From a bacterium (GTDB lineage Bacteria; UBA8248), in assembly GCA_963692865.2 (NCBI GenBank), contig OY843592.1:832001-896000 (forward strand): DNA of 64,000 bases, in the 5' to 3' direction. A program made the translations under genes and the position numbers. Under the pieces are notes generated by a model. It was not told where the DNA came from and searched no databases. It was given only the letters and a program-made list of their open reading frames with translations. This document shows positions 31,090-41,501 of this stretch, piece after piece. Numbering within the stretch: position 1 is the first letter of the stretch; every line of letters begins with the position of its first letter.

Positions 31090-32018
31090 TCCCTCGACCC
31101 CCCGTAGCGGATGCGCGGGTTGAAGACCGCGTAGAGGAGGTCGACCGTCAGGTTCACCACGGCGAACGTGAGCGCGAAGAACAGCAGCGAGCCCTGCACC
31201 GCGGCGTAGTCGCGCAGCTTGATGGCCTCGACGATGTAGCGTCCCAGGCCCGGCCAGGCGAACACCGATTCCGTGATCACGGAGCCGCCCAGCAGGTACC
31301 CCGACTGAAGCCCGACGACGGTGATGACGGGAAGCAGGGCGTTCTTGAGCGCGTGGACGTAATGGACCTTTCCGCTCGCCAGACCCTTCGAGCGCGCCGT
31401 GGTGATGTATTCGCTGCCCGTGATCTCGAGCATCGTGTTGCGCGTCATGCGCGCGATGAGGCCCGCGCCGGTCAGGCCGAGCGTGACCACCGGCATGATG
31501 AGGTGGGCCGCCGTGCCCTTGCCCCCCGCCGGGAGCCATCCGAGATAGACGGAGAAGAACCCCATGAGTATCAGGCCGAACCAGAACGAGGGCATGGATA
31601 TGCCGAGCAATGCGCCCGTCATGCTCCCGTAGTCGAACTTCGAATAGGGGTGTGTCGCAGACAACACGCCTGCCAGCAGACCCACAATGGTGGCGAGAAG
31701 CACGGCCCAGAAAGCGAGTTGAAGCGTGTTCAGGAAGCGGGTCCAGACTTCGCCCAGCACGGGCCTGTCGGAGAGGATCGAGCGGCCCAGGTCCCCCTGG
31801 AGGGCCCGCTTCATGAACATGCCGTACTGGACGTGGAGGGGCTGGTCCAGTCCGTATATCCGGCGTATTTCCGCAATGTACTCGTCGTCCGCGAACTCGC
31901 CCGCCAGGGCTTCCGCCGGGTCTCCCGGCACGAGGCGGATGGAGAGGAAGATGACGAGGGAGACGCCGATGAGAACCGGGATGAGAAGGAACACTCTCCG
32001 CAACAGGTATTCGAACAT
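31086..32018 (-). CDS. Peptide/nickel ABC transporter permease (DppB-like)
   Basis: LVPGDPA, GDLGRS, TARSKGL, HALKNALLP, ESVFAWPGLG. Confidence 0.95.
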   Translation of the reverse strand: MFEYLLRRVFLLIPVLIGVSLVIFLSIRLVPGDPAEALAGEFADDEYIAEIRRIYGLDQPLHVQYGMFMKRALQGDLGRSILSDRPVLGEVWTRFLNTLQLAFWAVLLATIVGLLAGVLSATHPYSKFDYGSMTGALLGISMPSFWFGLILMGFFSVYLGWLPAGGKGTAAHLIMPVVTLGLTGAGLIARMTRNTMLEITGSEYITTARSKGLASGKVHYVHALKNALLPVITVVGLQSGYLLGGSVITESVFAWPGLGRYIVEAIKLRDYAAVQGSLLFFALTFAVVNLTVDLLYAVFNPRIRYGGSRE

Positions 32019-32109
32019 GAGCGCGCCTTCCCGCCCGAAAGAGAGCCGAATCACGATGAAAGAGGATTCGATGCTATCATAACCGGGCCGAATGCACGAT
32101 CCGATCAGC

Positions 32110-32910
32110 CTTTCCCGGGTTGTTGAAAAGTCTGGATGAATGAGGGTTTGACTCGCCCGACGAGAGGGAAGGAACGACTTCCCATTGAAGGGGATGTTGA
32201 AAAGCTTTCCTGACGGAGTAAAGACAACCTCCTTGAGGGGGAAACCCCATAAAGGCACCCCCCCCTACCCCCCCTTGTCAGGGGTCAAACGCGAGTGAGG
32301 AACGAGCGTTTGCATAAGCCATCGATGAGAAATGCATCGGCCCGCAATTTCTCGCGCATCGCTCGAAATTGACCCCTGTCAAGGGGGGTTGATATATGCG
32401 GCCCTCCCGAAGGGATGGGAGGACACGCAGGTCCTCCCCTACGCAATACGCGATGGGGTTGTAGGGGCGGACCTGTGTGTCCGCCCGCTCGTGAAACAGG
32501 GTTTTTCAACAAGCCCCTTGTCAGGAGGGCTTTGATCTTACCCCCCTGTCAGGGGGGTGGTTTTCAAGGCGGGGGGAGGACGAGCAGGGACAGTCCCCCG
32601 TGCCTGTCCTATACCGGGGTGAATATGATCGACGGGGGGCCGCCCCTACGGGTGAATGCGGTTTCGTTCGTCATTCCGGCGCATGCCGGAATCCGGGGAC
32701 TTTGGTTTTCTGCCTTTGGTTTTTCTCCTTGCCCCTTATGAATGAAAGGGAAGAAAATGCCACCTTGTGATTGCTCTCATCGGCTCTGGATTCCGGCATT
32801 CGCCGGAATGACGGTGTGTAATCTCGATTGTAGTGGGCCGTTCGAAAACGGCCCACGTTCGAGAACGGTCCTTGTCCGATAAGGCGGGCGGTTCGCGAAC
32901 CGCCCCTACG
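32110..32910. repeat. Large intergenic repeat cluster
   Basis: GTAG REP at 32460-32486 shared (reverse) with about 43029-43081; inverted ATTCCGGC pair at 32669-32695 and 32788-32813; CCCCCC...TCAGGGG hairpins. Confidence 0.8.
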
Positions 32911-33097
32911 GATCAATGTGGGGTTGATCGGCGCTCTGCGAAGATGCCGTATCGTATTGCAAGTTCGCCGTGTAAATCCTACAATGCGGTTCAAGCCTTA
33001 CAGATCAGGCGTTGTTCCGGACGATGCAGGCGCTTTGCCGCCGAGGCCGGCGACCCGAGCCGCCGGATAGCGCGCTTTTGTTTCCATTCGAGGAGGG

Positions 33098-34642
33098 ATG
33101 TATATGCTGCGAACAAGTCCCAGGAAATTGATTTGCACCGGAGTAGTATTCATTGCCGCCATCGCCCTGACGTGGGGGCTTTCATGGGCGCAGTCCAAGG
33201 TCGTCTTCATCCACGGGGCGGAGCCGAAGAGTCTCGACAACGCCCTGCACCCGGCGGGCTCCGCCGACCTGAACGTCCAGACGAGCCTCTACGATTCACT
33301 GACCTATCACCGCCTCGACGGCAAGATCGAGGGGCGTCTCGCCACCTCCTGGAAGTTCAAGAACCCCACCACGCTCGTCTTCAAGCTGCGCAAGGGCGTG
33401 AAGTTCCACGACGGAACGCCCTTCAACGCCGCGGCCGTGAAGTTCAATCTCGACAGGACGCGAGGCCACAAGCGCGCCCGTCTGAGGAAGTGGATCGCCA
33501 TGATCAAGAACGTCAGCGTGATCGACGACCACACGGTCGAGATCGGGCTCAAGTATCCCTTCGCCCCCATCCTGCTGAACCTGGGGACGCCGGTCGCCGC
33601 CATCGGCAGCCCGACCGCCATCAAGAAGCACGGCAAGAATTTCAGGCGCAATCCGGTCGGAACCGGCCCGTTCATTTTCGAGAAATGGGTGGCGGGAGAA
33701 TACATCCGCTTCCGGGCCAACCCGAATTACTGGGACGGGAAACCCAAGATCGACGTTCTCGAATTCCGTCTGGTCCCCGAAGCCACGACGCGGGTATTGC
33801 AGCTTCGCTCCGGCCAGGCCCAACTGGCCATGTTCCTTCCGCCCGCCCAACTCGGCGAAGTGGACAAGGACCCCAAGCTCGACCTGGTGAAAGCGCCCCT
33901 GTTCCGCGTGATCTTCATCGGGATGAGCATGCTCCACAAGCCTTTCGACAACCCGGTCGTCCGCCAGGCGATGAACTACGCCATCGACACGAAGACCATC
34001 ATCGAGAAGGTGATGCTCGGCGTGGGGCGTCCGATTCGGGGTCCCTACGGGCCGACCGTTTGGGGCTACGACCCCGAGTTCGAGAAGATGGGCTACTCCT
34101 ACAATCCCGCCAAGGCGAAGGAGCTCCTGAAGAAGGCCGGGTATCCCAACGGGTTCAGCACCGAGTTCTGGCATCCCACGGGCAGGTACACGGCCGACAA
34201 GGTGGCCGCCGAGGCCATCCAGGCCCAGTTGTCGAAAGTGGGAATCAAGGCCAAGCTCCGCACCGGCTCCTGGGGACTCGTCGCTCCCTCCGTCCGGAAG
34301 GGCAAGGCGCCCATGTTCCTCTACGGCTGGGGCGTATCCACGGGCGACCCCGACATGGTGATGTACAACAAGTTCCACTCGGCCACCCACGGGCGTTCGG
34401 GCAACTATACCCGCTACAAGAACCCCGCGTATGAGAAGATCATCGACAGGGCGCGGCAGATCAACGACGACAAAGAGCGCAAGGCGCTCTACAAGAAGGC
34501 GGCGAAAATGCTGCTGGCCGATCCGCCCTGGGTCTTCTTCAAGCAGGAAGTCATGCTGGTCGGGAAATCCAAGAAACTCAAGGGCGTGATCGTCCACCCC
34601 GGCGAGCGGATTTACTGGCGCAAGGCGTATCTGGAAAAATAG
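33098..34642 (+). CDS. Peptide ABC transporter substrate-binding protein (DppA/family 5)
   Basis: Signal peptide; LATSW, LRKGVKFHDGTPFNAAAVKF, PVGTGPF, VRQAMNYAID. Confidence 0.95.
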   Translation: MYMLRTSPRKLICTGVVFIAAIALTWGLSWAQSKVVFIHGAEPKSLDNALHPAGSADLNVQTSLYDSLTYHRLDGKIEGRLATSWKFKNPTTLVFKLRKGVKFHDGTPFNAAAVKFNLDRTRGHKRARLRKWIAMIKNVSVIDDHTVEIGLKYPFAPILLNLGTPVAAIGSPTAIKKHGKNFRRNPVGTGPFIFEKWVAGEYIRFRANPNYWDGKPKIDVLEFRLVPEATTRVLQLRSGQAQLAMFLPPAQLGEVDKDPKLDLVKAPLFRVIFIGMSMLHKPFDNPVVRQAMNYAIDTKTIIEKVMLGVGRPIRGPYGPTVWGYDPEFEKMGYSYNPAKAKELLKKAGYPNGFSTEFWHPTGRYTADKVAAEAIQAQLSKVGIKAKLRTGSWGLVAPSVRKGKAPMFLYGWGVSTGDPDMVMYNKFHSATHGRSGNYTRYKNPAYEKIIDRARQINDDKERKALYKKAAKMLLADPPWVFFKQEVMLVGKSKKLKGVIVHPGERIYWRKAYLEK

Positions 34643-34659
34643 CCGCGGATCCGTTACAG

Positions 34660-34702
34660 GCAGCCTCCTGTCCGAACCGAGGGCGGGAGGCTGCTTTTCT
34701 TT
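34660..34702 (+). terminator. Rho-independent terminator
   Basis: GCAGCCTCCTGTCC...GGGCGGGAGGCTGC followed by TTTTCTTT, just after the dppA-like stop. Confidence 0.7.
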
Positions 34703-34753
34703 GCGCGCCCGTAAGCACCTCCTGGTGAAACAACTCGGAAAGGGAGAACCTCC

Positions 34754-35377
34754 ATGCCGGACTCCGAAAGACTCCAGAACATGCTCGACAAGTTCGAGAT
34801 TCAGGAAGTGGTCGCCGCCGCGTGTTACTCGCGGGACAAGGGCGATTGGCAGACGCTTCGGGACTGCTATCACCCGGATGGATGCGTGACGGTGAGCTGG
34901 CACTCCGGCCCGGTGGACGAGTTTATCGAACGCTCCGTGAAGATGATGGCGTCCCGAGACCCGCAGGAGTTCACCAAACACGTCAACGCGAACCCGAGGG
35001 TGCGGTTGAACGGGGAGCGCGCGATCATCGAGTACGACGTCATCCTGCACAACCGCCGCATCCTCGACGGGTACGCCTTCGATTTCCACACCTGGAGCTG
35101 CTACCTCGACCAGGTGGAAAAGCGCGCCGATAGATGGCGGATATTCAACCGCACGGCCATCTACGAGAAGGACCGCATGGACGCGCACAATCCGAGGGAA
35201 ATTCCGGATTCTTTCTACGAGGACATGAACCTGGAGCAGTATCCCCTGAACATCCGCTACCACTGCTGGCGCAACGCGCGGACCGGACAGACGCCTCCCG
35301 AGGGAATCACCATCGCAAGGTCCGAGAAGGAAGCCGAAGTGCGCGAGGCGGCCGAGCGTTGGCTGGCCGGCGGGTAG
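34754..35377 (+). CDS. SnoaL/NTF2-like family protein
   Basis: RDKGDWQTLRDCYHPDG, H.N.....NGERA, YLDQVEKRADRWRI...IYEKDRMD. Confidence 0.8.
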   Translation: MPDSERLQNMLDKFEIQEVVAAACYSRDKGDWQTLRDCYHPDGCVTVSWHSGPVDEFIERSVKMMASRDPQEFTKHVNANPRVRLNGERAIIEYDVILHNRRILDGYAFDFHTWSCYLDQVEKRADRWRIFNRTAIYEKDRMDAHNPREIPDSFYEDMNLEQYPLNIRYHCWRNARTGQTPPEGITIARSEKEAEVREAAERWLAGG

Positions 35378-35686
35378 GGGCAGAGGCGATCCGTATGGGG
35401 GTCAATCACTCTTACTTGTCCGGTAGGGTTTGGCGGTTTTGACGTCATTCCGGCGAAAGCCGGAATCCATTTGCGGATGCGGGTGAATACACGGCGGCGT
35501 TTCATTCCCCGCCGATGCGCGGAAGCCCTGACGAAAGGCAAAAGGCGTAAAATGGATTCCGGCTTTCGCCGGAATGACGGTGAACACTCTCGACCGGGGG
35601 GTCAAAAACCCGTTTTGGGGCTTTATCAACAGTCCCTATCCATGAGGGTGGATACGGGGTTCACCCCTATGACTCCCCCCCTTCCC

Positions 35687-36364
35687 TCACGAATAAAACC
35701 GCCGCACCAGCTCATCCAGGCTGAAGTCATCCGCGCGGATGGCGTCGAGGAGGTCGGCTTCTTTGGCGAGAACGCGCTCGGCGGCTTCGGGCGCCTCCGC
35801 CGCGATTTCGGTGGGCACCACGAGCGCGCCGCCCGAGTCCGCGTGGATCAGGTCGCCCGGAACCACGGCCATCCCGCCGACCGAGACGGGCGTGTTCACG
35901 GCCACCACGCGCACGTCGCCGCGCGAGACCGTGGTGCCCGCGCACCAGGTCTTGAAGCCCGCCGCGCGCATCTCTTCCAGATCGCGCACCACCCCGTCCG
36001 TCACCACGCCCTCCGCCCCCAGGCGCGAGAAGAGGTTCGACATGATCTCCCCCCAGAGGCACGCCGAGCGGGGCTTGGGGCCGACGTCCTGCTGCACGAG
36101 GACGCAGGGCTTGGGCGCGGCGGCCACGGCTTCGTAGAGCGCGATGCGCGATGCGTGGGTTCGCTCCTCGCCGGGGGCGTATTCGCTTGTCGTGAACGTA
36201 ACGGCGTAGCCGAGCGCCACGCCCATCTCGGGGAACATGCACTCGATGCTCGCGTCGGTGTGGCCGAGCGTCCTCGGGCGCACGCCGAACGATTCCACCG
36301 CGTTCGAGACCGTGGGCGTGTCGATCGCTTTCAGCTTCGCGAGCGTTTCGTCTGATAGCGTCAT
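35687..36364 (-). CDS. RraA family / HMG aldolase-like protein
   Basis: DTPTVSNA, GYAVT, WGEIM, VTDGVVRD, PGDLIHAD. Confidence 0.9.
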   Translation of the reverse strand: MTLSDETLAKLKAIDTPTVSNAVESFGVRPRTLGHTDASIECMFPEMGVALGYAVTFTTSEYAPGEERTHASRIALYEAVAAAPKPCVLVQQDVGPKPRSACLWGEIMSNLFSRLGAEGVVTDGVVRDLEEMRAAGFKTWCAGTTVSRGDVRVVAVNTPVSVGGMAVVPGDLIHADSGGALVVPTEIAAEAPEAAERVLAKEADLLDAIRADDFSLDELVRRFYS

Positions 36365-36539
36365 CTGTCGTCTCCTTATTGGATAAGAGGCCGCGCCGCG
36401 CGCGCCTCTCGTGAACCGGGAAGATCGTAACGGGTGGCCTGATTATATGATCGGGAGCGCGAGGAGAGTAGGGGGAGGGGATTTGAGACTGTTGGTAACG
36501 CCCGATGGGGCGCGATCCTCCTCCTCGTCTTGTGCAGCC

Positions 36540-37120
36540 GCCGCTCCGCCTCACCCTGAGTAGCGGCCCTTCGACAGGCCCAGGACAGGCTCCGCTGTCT
36601 CCCCACCTTCCTCACCCTGAGTAGCCGCCGAAGGTAAAACGCGACTGAGAAAGGAGCGTTTGTACCGAAGGGCGAAATTCGCGCTCGCCGGAGGGATGCC
36701 CCCATCCTTCGATACGGCGCTTACGCGCCTACTCAGGATGAGGGTTCGGGGCGCTTGCCCGGGATGAGGGCGTCAAGCGTTCCGCGAAGCCCGATGTCGC
36801 GCGGTGGTCGATTCCGACCGGTTTGCGCGAAGGCCGATTCGGTGGGGGGAGCTTTTTCTGTGGCATGTCCCCCCACCAACTCGCCTGCGGGCTTCGCCCT
36901 TGCCTCGTTGTCGGCCTTCCCGAGGAGGAAAGGTTTTTGTAGGGGCCGCATATCATGCGGCCCGCCTTGTGGAGGCGAAAATCAGGGTCGCATAATATGC
37001 CAGACATATATGTCTGACATACAAACAAATCGTCTCTCTCCGGCTTTTTCAACAGCCCCCTCATGGGGGGAGTGAAATTCGGCGTGTTCCTTCTGTGGAC
37101 TTTTTCAACAGCCCCGGATG
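36540..37120. repeat. Intergenic repeat cluster
   Basis: CTACTCAGG-type repeats, CCCCCCACC element, REPIN and MITE right end at 36939-37059. Confidence 0.8.
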
Positions 37121-37192
37121 AGGGAGGAATCGACCGACCGAGGAGTTTTTCAGCAATCCCGACTTCTGAACTCCGACTGGATCGGCCCGGCG

Positions 37193-37220
37193 TTGACTGG
37201 CATAACAATTATGTTATATT
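37193..37220 (+). promoter_or_regulatory. Sigma70-like promoter overlapped by a palindromic operator (TA autoregulation)
   Basis: TTGACT-16 bp-TATATT; palindrome ATAACA-atta-TGTTAT at 37202-37217. Confidence 0.6.
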
Positions 37221-37296
37221 CAATTGACGAGGGCCCACCCGGTATTCCTGCGAACGCTCGCCGCCGAATCACGAGGAGAAGGGATGCATTATTTCC

Positions 37297-37676
37297 GTGC
37301 AGCGCAACGGGCCGAAGACGCCCAGACCGATATGGTGGGTAGGCAGGAGCAAGGATGCGTTTGAGCAATTCCCCATGAGGTGCAGGAGGATGTGCTCTAC
37401 GCCTTGGAAGAAGCGCGATGGGGAGGTAAAGCCTTCTCCGCCAAGCCGCTGAAGGGTTTCAGGGGCGCCGGGGTATTAGAAATTGTTGAAAATCACGACG
37501 GTGACGCGTATCGGGCGATCTACACGGTGAGATTCAAAGAAGCCGTCTGTGTTCTGCACGCCTTTCAAAAGAAATCGAAAAGAGGAATCCAAACGCCTCG
37601 GCGGGAGATGCGGATTATCGAGGCCAATCTCAGGGGATTGATTGAATATATTAAAAATCAAGAAAGTGCGGAATGA
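37297..37676 (+). pseudogene. RelE/HigB-like (DUF891) toxin with a 1-nt frameshift
   Basis: N-terminus PIWWVGRSKDAFEQFP lies in a different frame from HEVQEDVLYAL...YRAIY...LHAFQKKS; the shift falls at TTCCCCATGAG (about 37369-37379). Confidence 0.7.
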
Positions 37677-37688
37677 GGAGGTCTATAG

Positions 37689-38024
37689 ATGGGCGAATTT
37701 GAAATTTACAAGGGCAGCGACAACGTCTTCAAAGACCTCGGGCTTCCGAACGCGGATGAGATACAGCTGAGGGCGGAACTCCTGAGAGAGGTATCGAATA
37801 CGATTGAGTCGAGAAAGCTGACGCAGAAAGACGTGATGCGGATTCTCGACATCAAGCAATCCGAGGCGTCCTATCTCATGAACGGGAAGCTCTCGCGCTT
37901 ATCCCGCGAGCGGCTGATCGACTACATGGTCAAGCTGGGCATGACGGTGGAGTTGCGGGTCAAGAAACCGAAGAAGAACGCCCCTCTCAAACCCGGCGCG
38001 CTTGTTTATGTGGGAGCGTCGTAA
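37689..38024 (+). CDS. XRE-family HTH antitoxin (HigA-like)
   Basis: GSDNVFKDLG, LTQKDVMRILDIKQSEASYLMNGK; RBS GAGGAGG. Confidence 0.9.
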   Translation: MGEFEIYKGSDNVFKDLGLPNADEIQLRAELLREVSNTIESRKLTQKDVMRILDIKQSEASYLMNGKLSRLSRERLIDYMVKLGMTVELRVKKPKKNAPLKPGALVYVGAS

Positions 38025-38271
38025 GAGGCCGAGGCGCCTGCGGGATACCATCGAAGAAGAAATTCACTCCCCCCATTGTTTGGATGTCAATGCGCGTGTA
38101 GGGGTCGCATATCATGCGACCCGTATTGTGAAAGCGAAAAGGCGGGGCCGCATGGTATGCGGCCCCTACAAAAGGAGCGGCAATAACGCCGGAATGACGG
38201 CATTGTGGACGGATTCGTCGATGGGGAAAACCTTCTGCGGTTGTCCCTGTTCGGACAGGTCGCGACCCCCC

Positions 38272-38775
38272 CTACCCCATCACGCTCTCCCGCCAGTCGC
38301 GCATGGCGGCGCGGGTGGTGTCGAAGGCGAGCTCGTCGAAGTCGATAGCGTCGGGCGCGACGAGCTTGACCTCGGTGGTCTCGGCGAGCGCGCGGGGGAC
38401 GCCCCCCGTCACGGCGCCCGTGTAGACGATGAGCACGGTGGCGTTTCCCTCGAAGGAGTACACCCCCAGGAGAGCGTCCACCGCCACCTCGACCCCCGCC
38501 TCTTCCATCGCCTCGCGAGCGGCGGCTTCGGATACCACCTCGCCCCGGTTCACGAAGCCGCCCGGGAACGTCCATAGCCCCTTGCCGGGGTTGTGAGCGC
38601 GCCGCACGAGCACGGCCTCGTCACCTACCGTCGCGACAACGCCCGCCGCCACCTTGGGGTCCAGGAAGTGGACGTGGCTGCAGGAGTCCGCGCTGCAGCA
38701 AAGCTGCATGGTGCCGTCCCCTTCCGTCCAGGGGCGGTAGACGAGCGCGCTCCCGCAGGAGACGCAGAATTTCAC
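38272..38775 (-). CDS. NUDIX hydrolase with N-terminal zinc ribbon
   Basis: FCVSCG...C...C; PGGFVNRGE...AAAREAMEEAG Nudix box. Confidence 0.9.
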   Translation of the reverse strand: MKFCVSCGSALVYRPWTEGDGTMQLCCSADSCSHVHFLDPKVAAGVVATVGDEAVLVRRAHNPGKGLWTFPGGFVNRGEVVSEAAAREAMEEAGVEVAVDALLGVYSFEGNATVLIVYTGAVTGGVPRALAETTEVKLVAPDAIDFDELAFDTTRAAMRDWRESVMG

Positions 38776-38816
38776 CCCGCCTCCCAGATGGGGGTGGGCC
38801 TGGGGGGCGTCGGTGC

Positions 38817-39479
38817 TCAGGTCAGAAATTGTTCGGCTCCGGGCCGGCAGAAGGGGTTGGTGGCTCGCTCGTGGCCGATGGTGGTCTCCGGCCCGTGGCC
38901 CGGATGCACGACGGTGTCGTCCGGCAGGGTGAGCAGTTGCGTCCGGATGCTGTTCAACAATACGCTTCCGTCGCCCATGTAGAGGTCGGTTCGCCCGACG
39001 GAACCCGCGAAGAGCGCGTCGCCGACGATGGCGTGCCCCGGCTCGCCTCCGCTCCCCGGCCGATAGAGCGTCACGTTGCCCGGCGCGTGCCCGTCGGTGA
39101 GCCTGATCTCGAATTCGAGGTTTCCCACAAGGATCGTCTCGCCCGGCACGAGGTGCGCGTCCATCTCGGGAACCGGCGGTTCGGGAAAGCCGTAGCCGCG
39201 CGCCGCGTTCGGCATGTTGCGCAGGTTGAAGAGTTCCGCCTCGTGGAGCAGGTAGGGGATACCGAGCTTTTCCTTGGCCTCCGCGACGCCTTCTGCGTGG
39301 TCGAGATGCGCGTGGGTGCCGATGAGTTTGGTGAGGGTGAGGCCGTGCGCGCGCGCCGCCGCGACCACGCGGTCCACCTCCGCGCCCGGGTCGACGTAGG
39401 CGGCCTCTTTGGTCTCCTCGCAGCCCACGACGTAGCTGTTCATCTGGAAGGGGCCGACGGGTATCCGCTCGAGGATCAA
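38817..39479 (-). CDS. MBL-fold metallohydrolase (glyoxalase II-like)
   Basis: THAHLDH, GHAPG, GDALFAGSVGRTD, PGHG. Confidence 0.92.
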   Translation of the reverse strand: MILERIPVGPFQMNSYVVGCEETKEAAYVDPGAEVDRVVAAARAHGLTLTKLIGTHAHLDHAEGVAEAKEKLGIPYLLHEAELFNLRNMPNAARGYGFPEPPVPEMDAHLVPGETILVGNLEFEIRLTDGHAPGNVTLYRPGSGGEPGHAIVGDALFAGSVGRTDLYMGDGSVLLNSIRTQLLTLPDDTVVHPGHGPETTIGHERATNPFCRPGAEQFLT

Positions 39480-39522
39480 GAAAACGTCCTTTCTCGGTAT
39501 GCTTCGCCGAAGCGCGCGCCCA

Positions 39523-40422
39523 CTAGGAATCGGAGGCGAAGATGACGATTTCGATCCTGCGGTTCGTCCGGCGCCCCTCGCGCGTGTCGTTGCTGGCTAT
39601 CGGGCGGAACTCGCCCATTCCCGTAGCCGAGACACGGCGCGGGTCGAGGTTTCCCACCTCGACGAAGTAGCGTAGCACCCGCGTGGCGCGCGCCGCGGAA
39701 AGCTCCCAGTTCGTCTCCCACCGCTCCGCCAGACGGTCGGATATCTGCACGTTGTCGGTGTGGCCCTGCACCTGCACCTCGCGGTTCGCGTAGCGGCGCA
39801 GAAGGCCGGCGAATTTCACGAGCAGGGCCTTGCTTTCGGAGCGGATTTTGGCGCTTCCCGACTTGAAGAGGATGGCGCTCGCGATGCTGATCGACACCCG
39901 GTCGCCCACGCGGCGCACCTCCACGATTCCGCGGCGGCGTTCTCTCGCGAGTTGCGCCTTCATGTCCTTTTCGAGCTGGATCTGAAAGCGAATCCGGTCC
40001 TCGAAGCGAAGGAGCTTCTTTTGCAGGCCGACGAGGTTTTTCTGAAGTTCGCGGACCCGCTTGAGGGCGTTTTCGTACGCGCGCTCGAAGCGTCTGGCCT
40101 TCTTTGCGCTTTCGGTTTGCTGCGTTTGCTGGGAGGTCATGCGCGCGCGCAGGTCGGCCACGCGCGTCTCTATCTGCTGGCCGTGGCGCCTGGCCATGGT
40201 GAGGGACTGGCTGAGTTCCTGATTATCGAGGTCTTTTTGTCTGATTTGCCCTTGGAGTTCGTCTATCTTCCCGTTCAGTTCGTCGATCCGCCTCTGGGAT
40301 TCCGAGAGTTCCTTCCTGAGGTCTGCGGCTTCATCCGTTTTTCGCTCATAGTCTTCGATGCCCACGCAGCCGGTGAGCAGGGCGGCGGCGAGGAAAAATA
40401 AAGCGAGGCGCTGCGTCTGCAT
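39523..40422 (-). CDS. OmpA/MotB-domain lipoprotein with long coiled coil
   Basis: Lipobox LTGC; GHTDN, NWELSAARA, NRRIEI. Confidence 0.9.
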   Translation of the reverse strand: MQTQRLALFFLAAALLTGCVGIEDYERKTDEAADLRKELSESQRRIDELNGKIDELQGQIRQKDLDNQELSQSLTMARRHGQQIETRVADLRARMTSQQTQQTESAKKARRFERAYENALKRVRELQKNLVGLQKKLLRFEDRIRFQIQLEKDMKAQLARERRRGIVEVRRVGDRVSISIASAILFKSGSAKIRSESKALLVKFAGLLRRYANREVQVQGHTDNVQISDRLAERWETNWELSAARATRVLRYFVEVGNLDPRRVSATGMGEFRPIASNDTREGRRTNRRIEIVIFASDS

Positions 40423-41463
40423 TTAATCCTCTCCTCTGGACATGAAGCGGGTGGCGTCGGCGACGTCGCGCTTGCTTCCGACGATAAAGGGAACGCGCTG
40501 GTGCAGCTTTTCGGGCTGGATATCCATCACCCGTCGGCGGCCGTCGCTCGCAGCGCCCCCCGCTTGTTCCGCGATGAAGGACATGGGGTTGCACTCATAC
40601 AGTAGGCGTAGCTTGCCGCTGGGGTTTTTCCTGTCGCCCGGGTAGAGGAAGATGCCGCCCTTCAAGAGGTTTCTGTGGAAGTCGGCCACCAGCGAGCCGA
40701 TGTAGCGCCCCGAATAGGGGCGGCCCGATTCGGCGTCCTCCTCTTTTAAGTATGTGATGTACCGGGAGGTGGATTCGTCCCATTTCGAGGAGTTGCCCTC
40801 GTTGATGCTGTATATCCTGCCCCGCTCGGGAATACGGATGTCGGGATGGGAGAGAAAGAACTCGCCCACCGAGGGGTCGAGCGTGAAGCCGTCGACGCCG
40901 TTGCCCGTGGTGTAGACCAGCATGGTGGATGAGCCGTAGATGACGTAGCCCGCGCAGACCTGCGCCGCGCCCGGCTGGAGGAAGTCGCCGATTTCCGTGG
41001 GTCCGCTCCCGCTCTTGCGGCGCAGGATGGAGAAAATCGAGCCGATGCTCACGTTCACGTCGATGTTCGAGGAGCCGTCCAGCGGGTCGTAGAGCACCAC
41101 GTACTCGCCCCCCTCGATGTATTTGCCGGGGACGGCGTAGACCTCCTCCATCTCCTCGCTCGCCAGGGCGGCCACCGAACCCGTGTGGTCGAGGGCCTTT
41201 CGCATCACGTCGTTGGCGTATTCGTCGAGTTTCTGGACTTCCTCGCCCTGCACGTTGAGTTCGCCGGTCAGGCCGAGAATGTCCACGAGGCCCGCCTTGT
41301 TGACCTCGGCGTTGATGATCTTGGCGGCCAGGGTGATCTGCGTGACGAGGCGGGTGAAGAGCCCCCGCGCGCCCGGGTGGTTCCGCTCCTCCTCGCGGAT
41401 GTGGCGCTCGAGCGTCATGCCCTTGAAGTTCGCGGCGCCGATGGCGGCGGCTTCCTGTTGCAT
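40423..41463 (-). CDS. fbp: Fructose-1,6-bisphosphatase class 1
   Basis: [41 protein letters not shown]. Confidence 0.96.
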   Translation of the reverse strand: MQQEAAAIGAANFKGMTLERHIREEERNHPGARGLFTRLVTQITLAAKIINAEVNKAGLVDILGLTGELNVQGEEVQKLDEYANDVMRKALDHTGSVAALASEEMEEVYAVPGKYIEGGEYVVLYDPLDGSSNIDVNVSIGSIFSILRRKSGSGPTEIGDFLQPGAAQVCAGYVIYGSSTMLVYTTGNGVDGFTLDPSVGEFFLSHPDIRIPERGRIYSINEGNSSKWDESTSRYITYLKEEDAESGRPYSGRYIGSLVADFHRNLLKGGIFLYPGDRKNPSGKLRLLYECNPMSFIAEQAGGAASDGRRRVMDIQPEKLHQRVPFIVGSKRDVADATRFMSRGED

Positions 41464-41501
41464 CCTTACTCCTGTTCCCTGGCGGGCGGTTGCACGTCCG
41501 G

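Noticed and set aside
33296-35263. 655-aa - strand ORF (likewise 59015-61090 +, 5494-6990 +, 32833-34434 +)
   Set aside because: Shadow or alternative-frame ORFs overlapping recognisable genes
37284-37379. In-frame UGA upstream of the toxin ORF read as selenocysteine
   Set aside because: The conserved RelE-like N-terminus lies in another frame, so a frameshift explains it; no redox motif context
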